Shown in pieces: positions 25,901 through 38,050 of a stretch of 64,000 bases of DNA. The position numbers and the translations under genes were made by a program. The notes below the pieces were generated by a model. The model did not search any database. It was given only the letters and a program-made list of their open reading frames with translations, and was not told the origin of the DNA. Source of the DNA: Ylistrum balloti (taxonomy: Eukaryota); the NCBI RefSeq assembly GCF_031769215.1, contig NW_026782363.1, positions 124,001 through 188,000 of the forward strand, read 5' to 3'. The first letter of the stretch is position 1, and the number at the start of each line of letters is the position of its first letter.

Positions 25901-28900
25901 TCGTGATTCCTCAAGTGTGTCTTCCGTCATATCGAGTTCATCGTCAGTTCCAAACACCTCAGTCATCAACAATGCCCTCTCCTGGAGACTGTCAGAGATC
26001 ATTCCAACACTGTCTGCACTCCGAATCAACAACTCCACAACTGATGTCTGTACCTACAGAGAGGTACAGGAACTTAAAAAAACACTGTATTCCAAAAAGA
26101 TGTAAATGGCATGTCTTTCTAATTCTTAAAGAAATCTTAACTATTTTTTCTCACAATTCAACTCATATATCTATATTGTAGATCTCTAAATATCCCACAG
26201 AAAAACTCAACTTGAACTGACCGAAAAACTACTTATAGATAAATCTGTAAGATAATAATGTGATTTCTTATTGTGAAAAATGAAAAAGTCAATTGGAATT
26301 TACTTATTTAGAAAACATCCATTCAAATTTATTTCAAAAGATGTTGAGAACAATTCTTATCTTGTAATTTTAACACAAAATTAAGAGACCCAAAATTATT
26401 ACTGTTGTTCTACAGGTAATACAACCAATGTAGGTTTGAAGTGCGAGATCGTCAGAGGTGATATTAGAGGTGTGATAAAAAATATTGTATGTCTTCCTAA
26501 CTAAATAATGCAGTAAGTGTCTAACCTGGAGAAGTTTCTCTTCTGAAGAGTTCATTTTCTCACTCTTGTTGTTGATATGCATCATGTTAGGTGCCAGGAC
26601 GACGGCCAAGTTGGTGGGGTCCATCTTATTCTTATCCGAGTGACTTGCGATTTCAGACAAAAGCTTCATCATGAATCTGAAGTTAATGTTAGGGTACGAA
26701 TTACTGGAAATTCACAGACCTAAATCACATGTATTGTAAATTACAGAAATGGAAATTAGTCCTACAGAAATTGTCTTTCTCTCTTCGATATGAAGACAAA
26801 ACTTCATATTGACAGTGAAGACATGAATGGAATATGCTGTAAGTGAAGACACTTAATAACATTTAATTAACTTTGTCTAGTACTCCAATATCAGGGTTAG
26901 AAAAATCCACTCGTCCAGATGTGTCAAAGCTACTTGCGGGCGAGTGATTTGTTTCAGCTACTTGTCCGGCTGGCGAGTGAAATTTGTAGTTCTGACTACA
27001 GAATATTCCATAATAAATGACGTTTATCAACTTAAACACTCTTAAAACTAAAATCCACTGATAGTCTATCAAATACATCGATGTAGTATCCTTGTTTACA
27101 CAACGTGTCAAGACTTGGGCTGATCCAGACTACACGAAAACCTATCACGTCACCACAATGTTGTAAACAAGGTTGTTTTGTGTACGTAGTTACTGTCAAA
27201 AAGTCAACGTTCTCGCTCGCATTAACAGCAAGTGTTAAGTTCAAACATTTGATATAGAAATTGATGATAAAATTTGTGTTCCTTAAAATATGGTCTGTTG
27301 CCTTTTTTCTTCGGTTGGGTGAATATTGGATTCGGGCAAGTGAATTTCAAGTTTCCCTTGCCCGACAGAGGAGTAGCTGAATTTTTTTTTTCTACCCCTG
27401 AATATGTTAGCATTTTACTTCACTTTTTCTAGGGACATATATTCTGGAAAGAGTGGAGTTATATGACAGAATTTGGACATAATTCCTGACATGGAATGAA
27501 AAAGTGAGCAAGTTTTATAGTATCCTCCTGTCTTAATGAATACCAGTCTGCATGCAGGTTGAAGGCTGATGAAAGTCCTGTACCACAACCCGCATTTAGG
27601 CTGATATGATTCCTATCTCAGAATACTACAAACTGAGAGTAGGTCGCAGCGAGACCTACCTTGGTATGCCACAAACTGTGTAGGTTGGTGTTAGTCCTCC
27701 TTTAACCTACCACAACCTGTTAAGGTAGATGTCAGTGCCACCATAGTGTAGCACAAACTGTGTAGACAGATGTGAGTCCTACCTCAACATACCATCAACT
27801 TCATGTAGATTGATGCCAGTCCTATTCTTGCATAACCACATACTTTGTGTAGTTTGAATTGAATCTTTATCATAGTGTACAGCAAACTATATGTAGATTA
27901 CCACAAGTCCTACCTTAATGTACAGAGGTGTTCCCCAGGAAGCAGGAGACACAACAGGAGGACAGCCTGGTGTGAAGTCTCTGTGTTGCCAAGCTGGAAA
28001 CACTTGATAAATGTGTCATGATAAGTGCTAGTAAAGAGGGGTTCTGGCAGCATGCGAAAGAACTGTTTGATCAAACTTGTTACATCAAACACATTGGCTT
28101 CTGATACACTTTTCCCTTGCTCAATTTGATGCTGTAAATAAGCAAAACAAACAAAATTATCAATCATCTGTGTATTCTACTTTCTTTTTTTACATCTCAT
28201 TTAAAAGGTCAAATAAATGTTATAGGATAAACAAAATGTTACTATTCATTTCTGTTCCTGTTCCAAAATAAATCCTAAGATTATGAAATTGCGGCAAGTA
28301 AAATTTAAAAAGAAAAATAACAAAACTAAATTCAGAATAAAATTAACATTGCTGCAGAACAGTATAGCTTGTGTACTTTATAAACTGAATTTGTTTCCCA
28401 AGTTACCTGCATGTTTATATTAAATTTCAATAATAGTTAAGTTTAATAAATACAATTAAAGAAGAGAAAGTACAAAACATGTCTTAATGTAGGAAAGGAT
28501 CAGTATACTAGCACAATTATAAAGTGATGTCATTTTAACACAAATATCTTAACATCATATCAAAACTCGCATCCCATCTCCTCCACCACAAAATACCCCT
28601 TTAAAACCCACTCCAGGAAGGGTCAGTTAAACCACAGAAGAACCCTACTACAAAATATCAGTATCCTACTACATTTACAAAATAATGTACTAATGTCTTG
28701 TAAGACGTGCACCAAAATCTTAACATTTAAAAACCATTGCCATTGTTAGAAGGACAACATAAACTCTCCCTCTTCTCTGAAGGGGCAAGCGATATCACTT
28801 CTTGACATCTAATAAAACAATGTTTAAGGAGAAGTGTAGGATGCATGCAAAGCATAGTAACCATAAAATCATTGTGGTTATGTAAAATGTAAAACTAATT

Positions 28901-31900
28901 ACAGACGGGTATATGTAAACGATGACTTAAAACTTGGAACTAGTCTTTACGTGAGTACCTGTAGCTCCTTCTGCCGACTGACAGCACCAGACTTTCGAAA
29001 CAAGCCTTCCTGCTCAATATTTTTTCTGATAAGAATTGCAGCATCAACCAGAAACCTATAAGAGTAAAATCTATGACATAATTTGTAACAATGAAAATAA
29101 CAAAATCCCTTAAATTTGTAATTAAAAGACTGTTCTGCTAGTCATTTTAAAAGTACCTTCTTTTACCAGTAAAATACAGATTAAATCTGGGTAAACTGTA
29201 CTAAATTCAGTACATTTCAGTGTTTTGCTAAGAAACAGTTATAGGATATGTAAACAATGCAAACTTCTATATATGCACATTATGTGTCATTGTAGTGAAA
29301 GTAATAACACTAAAGGGAAGAACATCAACACAAAACTTCTAAAACAGTTGCCCTGCTTAATATGTATATCATCCATTAATCAGCTTAGCAATTCAGATGA
29401 GGCATTATTTCCAGAGACTATGTTTTTTGCTCCCAGTAAACTATGCATGGTTGCCCTAATGATAGCAATGCTTGTTTAACATTTGGTAAAGATCAATCAC
29501 AATAAATTTTGATGTTATTTTGTTGTGTTATAATTTGAATTTGTCAATATCGACAGTGATCAAAGGTGGCACTGCTAGCCATAAGTACAGTATACCTTGG
29601 TACATAGCCACAGTCCTCTTCATGGATACACGACACATGTGACAGATAGTTTCCAAATATTTTGTCATCTTGTTTATCCTGAAAACAGAAGAAAAAGATC
29701 CTTTTCAAGTTACACACAAATTTCAAACCAATGTCAAATGCTCCAAAGGTTTCATTTTGATCAATAAAATTAAAATGTTTGTATCCAACTGTTAGTATCA
29801 TCAACATCTACTGTTTGAATTATGTGTGGGTTTGTGCGATTGGTATACCTATGCTTGTAAGGTAGAGGAATAGTGTGCATGTGCATAGGCAGGTTTGAAA
29901 TACTGACATGCAGGTGTGCGATAATACTGATGTGAAACACAGTTCACGGTAAGTACGAATTAATTTTTCAGTTTATTTAAACTTTGATTAGTTTATCTGT
30001 ACACATGTGCTTCGTTCATTGTGTAGTAAATGATGCATTGTGGTGTATTAACTTCTATATATGATCTAGGTCAGGTTTTCAATATTGTGTTGTTTACAGG
30101 TAAAGAATGCATGCATGGAGGTGACAGAGTAATAGTATTGTATCATGTACGCACGAGTTGTTTACATCATATTAAGCTGAATGTCAGTGGATATTGTCAA
30201 TAATTATGTTCTAAAATCAGGTTTTAATTTGTAAATGTGTATGTAATATTAAGTACTGATATTCACATGTGTTTGTTATGTAATAGTTTAGAATGCTATA
30301 TTCTATTAATTATATATGTAAGATTATTATATTGTTTTATTATAATTTATCATAGGTTCTTACTCATCCGTTGTAGCTTTTACTGTCCCCTTGATTCCAA
30401 CACATAGCCGTTGTTGGACAGAGAACTATGGAAGCCAATAAGGCTAAGCGGAATCTTCATACATGTATTCATTGATCATTGTATTCACTACATAAAGTAT
30501 GGAAGCTGAAAGCACTCGTCATATGATTGTGGCACAAGTTTGCTAGTTGCTATGACATTCTGATACTGGAGGGCAGATTAGCTATGTTGTTGACTGGAGC
30601 ATTTTGACATTGTATGATCGTTGTTTGATGAGGAGCAGAGACTCCGACTTTCCGTGATATCCAGCTGTAGGACTGATGATTGAAAGCTATGGACTGTGAT
30701 CCTAGCTTTTTAGTTAGGGTATTGTGTATTATAGTGTATACATATGAATATCTTGTGAGATATCATATGCTGTTGTATTTATGAGTAAAGTATGAGTGCG
30801 GGGTATGGTATATCTATTAGGGTTGCTTAAACTTTATGTAAGAAATTAAATGTAAAAAGTTGTATCCAGATGTTATTAATTTGTTGTTTCATAATTGTAG
30901 GCAATAGCAATCAGCTATGTTGACAGAGATGGGCTCTACTTCCTGATCTCTACCTGGAGTGTCATTAATTACTTGGAGAAATATCCTGTGCCTGCACACT
31001 CACACTGATTCCTTGGCCCTTCATGAATTGTTTCCTATTGACCTATTTTATTATCTACACAATAAAGAGTAAGGATGCAAGTAGTCCTTCAGCAACCAAA
31101 CCAAATACAAAAAATACTACAGTTCTCAGAAAAATACTCCTTATGGGTATCATGTGGATTAATCCTTCAAAACTGAAATTGAGTCCATAATTTTGCGGGA
31201 TTTTTTCCTTTGGTTTTAAATCTTAAATTCGCTAAAATGTAGTTTGGCTTTTTAAAAATTATAGAAGTTGTACCCTTGGTAGCTACTAACTGGTTCTACT
31301 CCCTATCCACAATTTAATTTTTGTCTCGGTTGTGGATGATAGTCAAGTGATTAAAAACAAGTCATTAGAATTGTTATAACTCATTAAATTGATGTATTTA
31401 GTATTTGGTATTCAGCAATAAACTTGAAAGGGTCTCATGAAAATAAATTGTACATTGATAACTGGTACATGTCTTGAAGTTCAAAACTGTATACACCATA
31501 GAAGAGCAGTTTCTCCTAATTGGTATATTAAGACTTACATAACAAAATGTCCAATAACAGATGTGATTACTCGAAACTTGATGGTCATACAAAAAGAAGC
31601 CAATACCAAATGAACCCAAACTCATACCATATTCTCAATGTAGTGCAACGCATGTAAATGCAACTGAAAAATAATTACAACACATATCAAATTTCATGTA
31701 TTTGATAATGAAAGTCCGAACTTGTTACAGGAGCACTCATGTGTGCTGAAAGCAGAACGCTCCAGAGTAGGCCTAAATCAAATATAAACAAAGGGACCCC
31801 CAGGCGTTTGGGCCAGCATGGTTGTTCGGTCGTAGTCCCGAGTACACTCGCTTTTAATTCGATTCAGCTATCAGACACACATATCGAATAATCAGAAACA

Positions 31901-32105
31901 GCAATAGATGTGCAATACTTAAGGAACATTAAAGAGCATGCACACTCATTTTCGTTAATTAGCGAAACCGATTTCAAACCTGTGTTTTCGTGTTGAATTT
32001 TTTCGACTTCTTCCCTTTTGGTACTTTAATGCCCAGTTCCCTTAGATCTTGTCTTATTAGGGCACGAAGATTGTCCGTGTTATCTATATATGTTAAATGC
32101 TTCAT
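17666..32105 (-). CDS. ARHGAP11A: Rho GTPase-activating protein 11A-like, about 1248 aa; coding exons 31980-32105, 29596-29678, 28959-29055, 27914-28131, 26526-26676, 25852-26053, 24792-25053, 24377-24468, 22954-23116, 21028-21124, 17666-19921
   Basis: N-terminus LRALIRQDLRELGIKVPKG; RhoGAP motifs KIFG, EGLFRKSG (arginine finger), SLIKQFFRMLPEPL, NKMDPTNLAVVLAPN; then KKRKRSGSFQGLVS and a long SP/TP-rich tail. All 10 junctions are GT-AG and phase-consistent; total 3747 nt = 1249 codons. Confidence 0.92.
20850..20972. repeat. Tandem repeat of about 47 bp, about 3 copies
   Basis: AAGCAAGGTGTACAATATATATGAATATT repeated. Confidence 0.8.
21028..21124 (-). CDS. ARHGAP11A: ARHGAP11A exon 10
   Basis: TTACAG|LPSGSNISLSAANKKGKCKGLFRRLSGGKGDK|GTACTT. 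Confidence 0.85.
21935..22225. mobile_element. Remnant with duplicated internal block, resembling HINE central repeats
   Basis: AACAATAACAAATGGCA...AAGGTGTTGTGTGAAATTTGTTAGAT occurs twice; AAGGGTAATAACTC and TATCAAGTTTCAT motifs. Confidence 0.45.
22954..23116 (-). CDS. ARHGAP11A: ARHGAP11A exon 9 (alternative in-frame acceptor would start at 23104)
   Basis: AIVEMKRRGTLNTPNIAFSSK...LFSPGNNRKGKK|GTAAGT. Confidence 0.8.
23226..23548 (-). mobile_element. Internally deleted copy of the 11851-12381 HINE family, reverse orientation
   Basis: Reverse complement gives AGGTCACCTGAG...GGTGACCTATTCTGATACCCTTCAT at the 5' end and TTGCTTATCTCAGGTGACTGTCAAGGTCACTAGGCCTCTTG at the 3' end. Confidence 0.85.
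23549..24120. repeat. 27-bp minisatellite, about 21 copies, ARHGAP11A intron
   Basis: Unit CACTACAGACACGCCACCTTGGTGTAA. Confidence 0.96.
24377..24468 (-). CDS. ARHGAP11A: ARHGAP11A exon 8
   Basis: TTTCAG|KAILQNLPNQATLANTPFTPASGVKRMDIN|GTCAGT; bridges phase 2 to phase 1. Confidence 0.85.
24792..25053 (-). CDS. ARHGAP11A: ARHGAP11A exon 7
   Basis: LVSTIAQSITKWRKS...TPVVMRKRKASGETLPFSAHKK. Confidence 0.9.
25852..26053 (-). CDS. ARHGAP11A: ARHGAP11A exon 6
   Basis: VQTSVVELLIRSADSVG...KKRKRSGSFQG. Confidence 0.93.
26526..26676 (-). CDS. ARHGAP11A: ARHGAP11A exon 5
   Basis: FMMKLLSEIASHSDKNKMDPTNLAVVLAPNMM...EEKLLQ. Confidence 0.95.
26892..27400. mobile_element. hAT-like MITE with CAGGG termini and 5-bp TSD
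   Basis: TIRs CAGGGTTAGAAAAA and TTTTTCTACCCCTG (13/14 match); AATAT directly flanks both ends; subterminal ACTTGC/GGGCAAGT motifs. Confidence 0.8.
27914..28131 (-). CDS. ARHGAP11A: ARHGAP11A exon 4
   Basis: HQIEQG...SLIKQFFRMLPEPLFT...LLPGEHLCTLR. Confidence 0.95.
28959..29055 (-). CDS. ARHGAP11A: ARHGAP11A exon 3
   Basis: FLVDAAILIRKNIEQEGLFRKSGAVSRQKELQ, 97 nt. Confidence 0.95.
29596..29678 (-). CDS. ARHGAP11A: ARHGAP11A exon 2
   Basis: CAG|DKQDDKIFGNYLSHVSCIHEEDCGYVPR|GTATAC. Confidence 0.92.
29823..31110 (+). mobile_element. Possible solo-LTR-like insertion in ARHGAP11A intron 1
   Basis: Compositionally distinct TG-rich block starting with TG, containing sense splice donors (ACG|GTAAGT, CAG|GTAAAG) and AATAAA at about 31061; no TSD found. 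Confidence 0.25.
31980..32105 (-). CDS. ARHGAP11A: ARHGAP11A coding exon 1
   Basis: MKHLTYIDNTDNLRALIRQDLRELGIKVPKGKKSKKFNTKTQ|GTTTGA. Confidence 0.85.
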
Positions 32106-32189
32106 CCTAATATTGCTGTAACAAATGGAATAAAACCATCAAACGTATATTTTCCATCTTAGCTTCCGTCCGTCATACTGATTGCCTCC

Positions 32190-32560
32190 ATATTCAACTT
32201 TAAATCTCGCACCTTATCGATTCTGATTGGATGATGGTTTTACGTCATGACGAGATACTTTCAGAGCTTTTCTTTCGAGATGATGATCGCACCCGAGTAT
32301 GTTCCGAATAAGTATGACAGTCAAGGGAGGTTACTCACGAATACTACCGAAGCAGAACTTGTTTAGCTCCGTGGTCACCCAGCCGTTTCAAAACAACACG
32401 TCAGACTTCATACATGCATGATGGTATATTTATAAACATTTGCTGTCAGAACCTCAAACGCAATGTGCCGACACAGACCTCCCCCTTAATGTCCTAATTA
32501 CACGTCAGAGACACGAAGTGACCACCAGTGCAGAGCGGACATAGGAGCCTAATATTCAGG
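32190..32560. promoter_or_regulatory. Promoter region of ARHGAP11A, possibly bidirectional
   Basis: CpG-enriched; on the minus strand CCAAT (32226-32230) is followed by GGTGCGAGA-TTTAAA (32199-32204); perfect palindrome CGTCATGACG at 32243-32252. Confidence 0.6.
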
Positions 32561-32562
32561 TC

Positions 32563-32598
32563 ATGGCTGCTGTCTTGTGCAACATCCAAAATCAAAAG
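32563..32598 (+). CDS. Candidate first coding exon of an unidentified plus-strand gene (MAAVLCNIQNQK)
   Basis: GTC ATG G start context, 12 codons, strong donor AAG|GTTAGT, inside the CpG-rich promoter region; no family recognised. Confidence 0.4.
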
Positions 32599-34656
32599 GT
32601 TAGTGTCTTCAGCTGTTTGTCACTTCTTCTGTATCTTCTAACTCTGTGTATCGCTTAACCAACACTCATATGGTGCCGAAAATGCAACGTCAATAACGCG
32701 CTCGCTTTATGTATCTGATTAATATGCATACAGTAGGCATACCCTGGTGGAAGGCTATTTCAGGTTGCCTCCGAAAACAATTTCTCATCATTTGGCTACT
32801 ACACGAAATGGAATAGTTTCCTACTCCATGGTAGTCCTATACAGTAGCCTACTCATTGTTATGGTGGATGCTAGAATTTAATGGATTTTGTAATGTCATG
32901 GATTATGTTTAAAAATATATGGCACCATAAATGAATTTGTTATGAATTAAAACAATACAATATACTGTATATACATACACATATATTGTATATAGAAGAA
33001 TATATAACAATACATCTTATGTCCAATATGATACAGAAATATCATGCTTCACACACTTTGATTCAATTATTTTCATTCAATATAGTACAACTACATGGGT
33101 GCCAATGCAACAGAGGTCTATATTTATTTCAATGTCTCTGCTAGGATTTGAACCAGAAACCTCTGGTTTACACTGAAATTGATGGAATTGTTCTTAAGAT
33201 TTACATATTTCAAGCCTTATACATGATATAATAAACAATTTCTTACAAGTTTCATTTATGTCAAATGAATTGAAATGTAGCTTATTAAAAAAAATTGATA
33301 TGGGGATATAGTCACTTGATATCTCTGCTTCATGGTGAAATCACATTGCATATGACACCATGAAGTTATGATGTCAAAATGGAAATTATGAGAACCTTTA
33401 GCAAATCAGAGCTCTGCTATATGTAGGTCACATAACATGTATGATAACAAAAACATGTACTGGTTGTTGTTACACTAATAACATATTTGAAGTTATTTGA
33501 TTAATGACATGTATGTATGCAATTAAGAATATTATGCATTTAATGAGAAATTTGATAAAATATGGAAATGAAATGTCCTGATGAAGGCTCTGTAGTGCTT
33601 GAAACATATTGACAACATCTTAAACTTTTAGTTTCTCGTATAATTACTGTAACATTAAAGGACAGTGGTCAGTCCACCTATAATCAGATGTTATGCATGA
33701 TTTCATTTACATTTGCAATTGTCTGTCAGAAGCATTTTGCTGTGAATTACACAATATAACATGTAGACATGTTTCCATTCTCTGATGACTTAGCCAAGTT
33801 TATGGGTATATAAAATTTAACAATATTTTCCAAGTGCACATAAAATGACATATGGATAATGCATAAAATTGAAACTAGCAATATAGCGACAAGTAATTGA
33901 AATGAAATTACTCACTTATTTCAGGAAAACATTCATAATTTGTGTACCTGGTAAGAGAGTGAATGTTGAGTATAGGACCTTAAAAATTCAGACTTGTATT
34001 GTCACGGGAAACTCATATGGTTTACTGAACCAAACATGTACTACCTCAGCAGCCTAAACATGGTCATATTCTAGCATATATAAAAGACTTGAACTTTAAT
34101 GTTTCATTCAATACTAGTACTATATATATATACTTTTTTGACTGAGACTATAAGAAAAACCTGTTTAACTTTACAATGTAAGGGATTTAAGAATTGATGT
34201 TCTGTTTTGATGGAGTTTTAAATTAAGCAAGACAGGTTACTGCATATTCTCAGATTTTTTTTCTCTGTTGCAAAACAACAATATCAGTCATTGTTGTCCT
34301 CAGTTATTGATTCATTCAAAATAAACAGGAACAACTTTGAAGAATACTTCTATCAACATGTTTCACCATATGAATTCGCAATATTAATCTCATTAGCAGT
34401 CCTAGAAATGTCAACTGAATGACTTGTGTTTCCACTGTATAACCACTTGTTCAATGAAAGGCCTATCACATAACAATCATAGAGTGACTGGTACACCAAT
34501 GAAGTAGACACTCCATAAGAACATTGACTTATTTATACTCTTTTACATTGTGTATTAGGTGCTTTCAACTTTATCAGATATCAACATACATGTTTAATTG
34601 TTACTGTATAGAAACTATGTATATACCTATATTTTACAATATGTGGAGATGATGTG

Positions 34657-34934
34657 TTATTATACCCCTTGCAATGAAGTTGGCAGTATACTGGAATCGC
34701 CCTGTCTGTCTGTTGTCTGCAAATTGTCCTCCAAATCTTCCTAAACCGATGAACCAAATCTAATGAAACTATTTCCCGATTTCAACCAGATTTTGTACAG
34801 AGAGATTTTAGGGAATATCAAAATCTATTTTCAACTGCTTTTGTCTTTTTCGTGGAGTTTTTACCAAATTTGGTATATAGATGTCTTTGATTCTGTGACT
34901 GATATTTGTTATCCTCAGGATGACAGTTCTAGTT
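34657..34934 (+). mobile_element. HINE/DINE-like non-autonomous element
   Basis: TTATACCCC start followed by CTGT microsatellite; 3' hairpin TGTTATCCT-C-AGGATGACA then GTTCTAGTT; 3' part homologous to 60040-60170. Confidence 0.7.
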
Positions 34935-34971
34935 GTGGATAGGGATCAATTGCCAGAGGAAATTAATTGTT

Positions 34972-35187
34972 TATTGTAAAATCATTTATTTTCATGGGGG
35001 ATCTATTTTCATTGAATTTATGGATACTCTAAATCCCCAAATTTACAAGTTAACAAAATAATAGATGGATAAAGATTGACATAAGGTAGAGTACTAACTG
35101 ATTCATAACAAGATATAAACATAAAATGCCAACCTAAATGTATTTGTAAACCATAAAATTTGAACCCCACAAAAATATTTTACAGTA
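34972..35187. mobile_element. TA-flanked MITE (Tc1/mariner-like)
   Basis: Ends TATTGTAAAAT and ATTTTACAGTA; internal TTTCATGGGG and CCCCACAAAA. Confidence 0.65.
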
Positions 35188-36739
35188 CTTCACAAATTTG
35201 TTGTTAAAGGGAATTTGAGTTACTGAAGCTTTTTTTAGTTATGATGATATAACTACATGAAAACCTGTATATTCTAAAGTAGTGAAAGTTATTAACTTTA
35301 CACTTATTCAACATCTCATGTCGAAAGGGTAACCTAAAGATCTTAGATAACAAAAAGTTTTGAAGCGTTAACTGGGATCAGCAGAATGAAGATTAATTCC
35401 ACCAATCAAAATAAAGCATGTGCAGTGGAGTTGATTTGTATTTAGACATTATTTACTCCTGCACCCACTTTACATAAGGATATTATGTCTTTACAATTCT
35501 TTAAACTGAACTTTGAACAATACTTTAGCTTTTGTTTACATAACACACGAAGGAGTTATTGGATATGTAAGTGTCCAGGCATGGAAACATTATACATAAT
35601 ACATGTAGGTGCGGTTCATTTCCCATATCATTTTGTTGCTGTTCACCAAGTTTTTTTTAGAATAATCCTAATTTTAGGCCTAGAATTTGAAAAATGATAA
35701 TGTGGTTTGTTTCTGACATTGAACAAAGGAACGCCCTTTCTGTTACTTTGTTAATTCAGACTGATTACCAAATTACTATGCAATTCCATGAGAAGGAGAA
35801 ATTGGGTAAACATACACAGGAACCCATTACTGATCATTAAGTAATTATATGATATGCCTTAGATTTAGTTACATTTAGACTTTGGTGTACTTAAGTTATT
35901 TATCAGTGTCCAGCTTCATATAATGTGTTATTACTGTGACTTTCATTATTTTATCAGTAAATGACTATTGCAGGGGAGATAACACAGGCCAGCATTTAGT
36001 GTCAGTACACACAAGTACTGTGATATACATTAAATTTTTAGTGGTTTGTATATACAAGTATTCACCATTAGACAATATCATAAAATATTTATTAAGATTT
36101 GATATCAGACAAATATTTTACCAGTCACTAGATCCCTGAAAAGGAAGTAATTTTTACAATTTAGCTTTTTGTAATTGATCCTGATTAGCAGATTAGAGCA
36201 GTTGAATATATGATAAAAACCAAAATATTTACAATGACCTACTGCTATTACTTAGATTATTGACACCTATTACTTAAAAATATTATGTGTGCATAATTTT
36301 TTCACCAACTATCAATTTCATAATATAGAAACCTATGGTCAGTTTGAGCAAAATCAATTAGATATTGTTGAACCCACTCAAAGTGCACAAAGTAAAATTA
36401 CCGGCATCTAAAAACACTCATTAATCACCAAGATAGGAAACTCCTGATTGATGAAGATAATGACTTGAATGGCTTGTTGGGAATATTGCAAAAATTGTCA
36501 ACTGAAATGGCAGGTTTTATTTTGTTCTTCATTACATGAGATATTGTACTGAAGATACCATGAAAACACTGTTGCTCTTTTCGGTACACATGCCAAGATT
36601 CTGGCGGTATCATTTGCTTACAATAGTCATTTACAACCTACTATCCTAGCTCAATGTTTACTGGATGTAAGTGATCGATGATTATTTCTGTGCCAATATC
36701 CCTATTAATAATTAGGAATATATACAATCTCACTAAGTG

Positions 36740-37004
36740 TTTGAATGATTAAAATTAACTGTATCTGCTTGATGGTTCGACCCTCACTCCTTGTGGTAGT
36801 TTGTGTGTCTCAGGAAGCGGAGTTTATGAACTAGTGTGTAATGACATGGTTTTCCTTGGGCGACAGGTTTTACCCTAATTGTGCCATATAACATGTTATG
36901 GGCCTCCCGTATGTGGTCCAGTGATATAACCACCAGCTACTACAATTAGACTCCACCTCAGATGACCCTGGCTGTTCATGGGGCATTAAATAAAACAAAC
37001 AAAC
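36740..37004 (+). mobile_element. tRNA-derived SINE-like element
   Basis: B-box-like GGTTCGACCC at 36774; body ending GACCCTGGCTGTT...TTAAATAAAACAAACAAAC simple-repeat tail. Confidence 0.55.
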
Positions 37005-37997
37005 TGTTTTTTAGAGATGTCCTCTTGTTGTATGGGATTTGAAGTAAGATTAACCAGGTCTGATGTTAGGCATTCTAGAGCTGTTACTGTACTTACACAT
37101 TTGATGAATAGCTGCAGTAATTATCTATTGATTGACACTGAACATCTGTAGTCAGTACAAATAAAGCCTGTAGCTTTGTTGTCCTGTTCTCAAATTAAAT
37201 GTGATTGTCTGAATTGGACCATTATATTGTTTGAGGATAGCTAATGTCACGTTGTCGTAATCAGTGTACTGCTTCATCAGTTGCTGCTGTGATAAGAGCA
37301 GGAAGTCCAAGGCATTAATGGAAATGATACAATTTGATTGGTTAATTACTTTCTAGTAAGCATCCAATCACACCACACTGCCATAAAAAATAAATATATG
37401 TATCCCCAGGTACAACATTTGCTTTCTAGAAGGCATTGTAATAATCTACAGATATCAGTTCTTCATGGTTTTTTTTTCATTTTAGTTAAGCATAGAAAAA
37501 TCTAATGGCATGCCATTGTGGGGTCAAATATTGTATATTGATATATGTTAAGTGGTTTTCTGTGTGTCAAGTTGAGTCTGAAATGTTTTGAAAAGAGTTT
37601 CAGAAGTTGTTGTTAACTAATAGCAATTATTTAGAAGCATGTCAATTTTAATGACACAATAGCATCATTTATCATAATTTGATTTTCAAAACAGGAGATA
37701 GACCCCAATGTCACAAATATTTTTGTTGCAACTTTTTCTGTTGGACAATATACATATTAGTACAAACAGATTTTTAAACTTTTGGAAATCTCAATAAATT
37801 TTTCAAATTATGTGCATTACTCAATTGAAAATATCCAAAACATTATTTATTTGAAATAAATCAGATTTTCTTTGCAGTGTGATGTATTTATATTCCAGTT
37901 ATTTTTCTTTATAAAGATTTGTTAATATTAATCACAAGATGTTATGATATAAGTTTTCAATTTTGGCTTTTGAATGTACTTATATTCTGTTGTACAG

Positions 37998-38050
37998 AAG
38001 GTACCACCTGGAATGTTTTCTCCATGAGTATGCTCATTATATAACGCAGG
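37998..38050 (+). other. Candidate internal exon (coding status unclear)
   Basis: Pyrimidine tract with TACAG|AAG acceptor and strong donor GG|GTAAGT; only one frame is open (YHLECFLHEYAHYITQ). Confidence 0.3.

Noticed and set aside
33130-33178. tRNA B-box-like GGTTCAAATCC on the minus strand
   Set aside because: No cloverleaf; at most a SINE head fragment
35529-36666. Further candidate plus-strand micro-exons (35529-35566 and ending at 36666)
   Set aside because: Donor-like GTAAGT present but acceptors are weak and no recognisable peptide results
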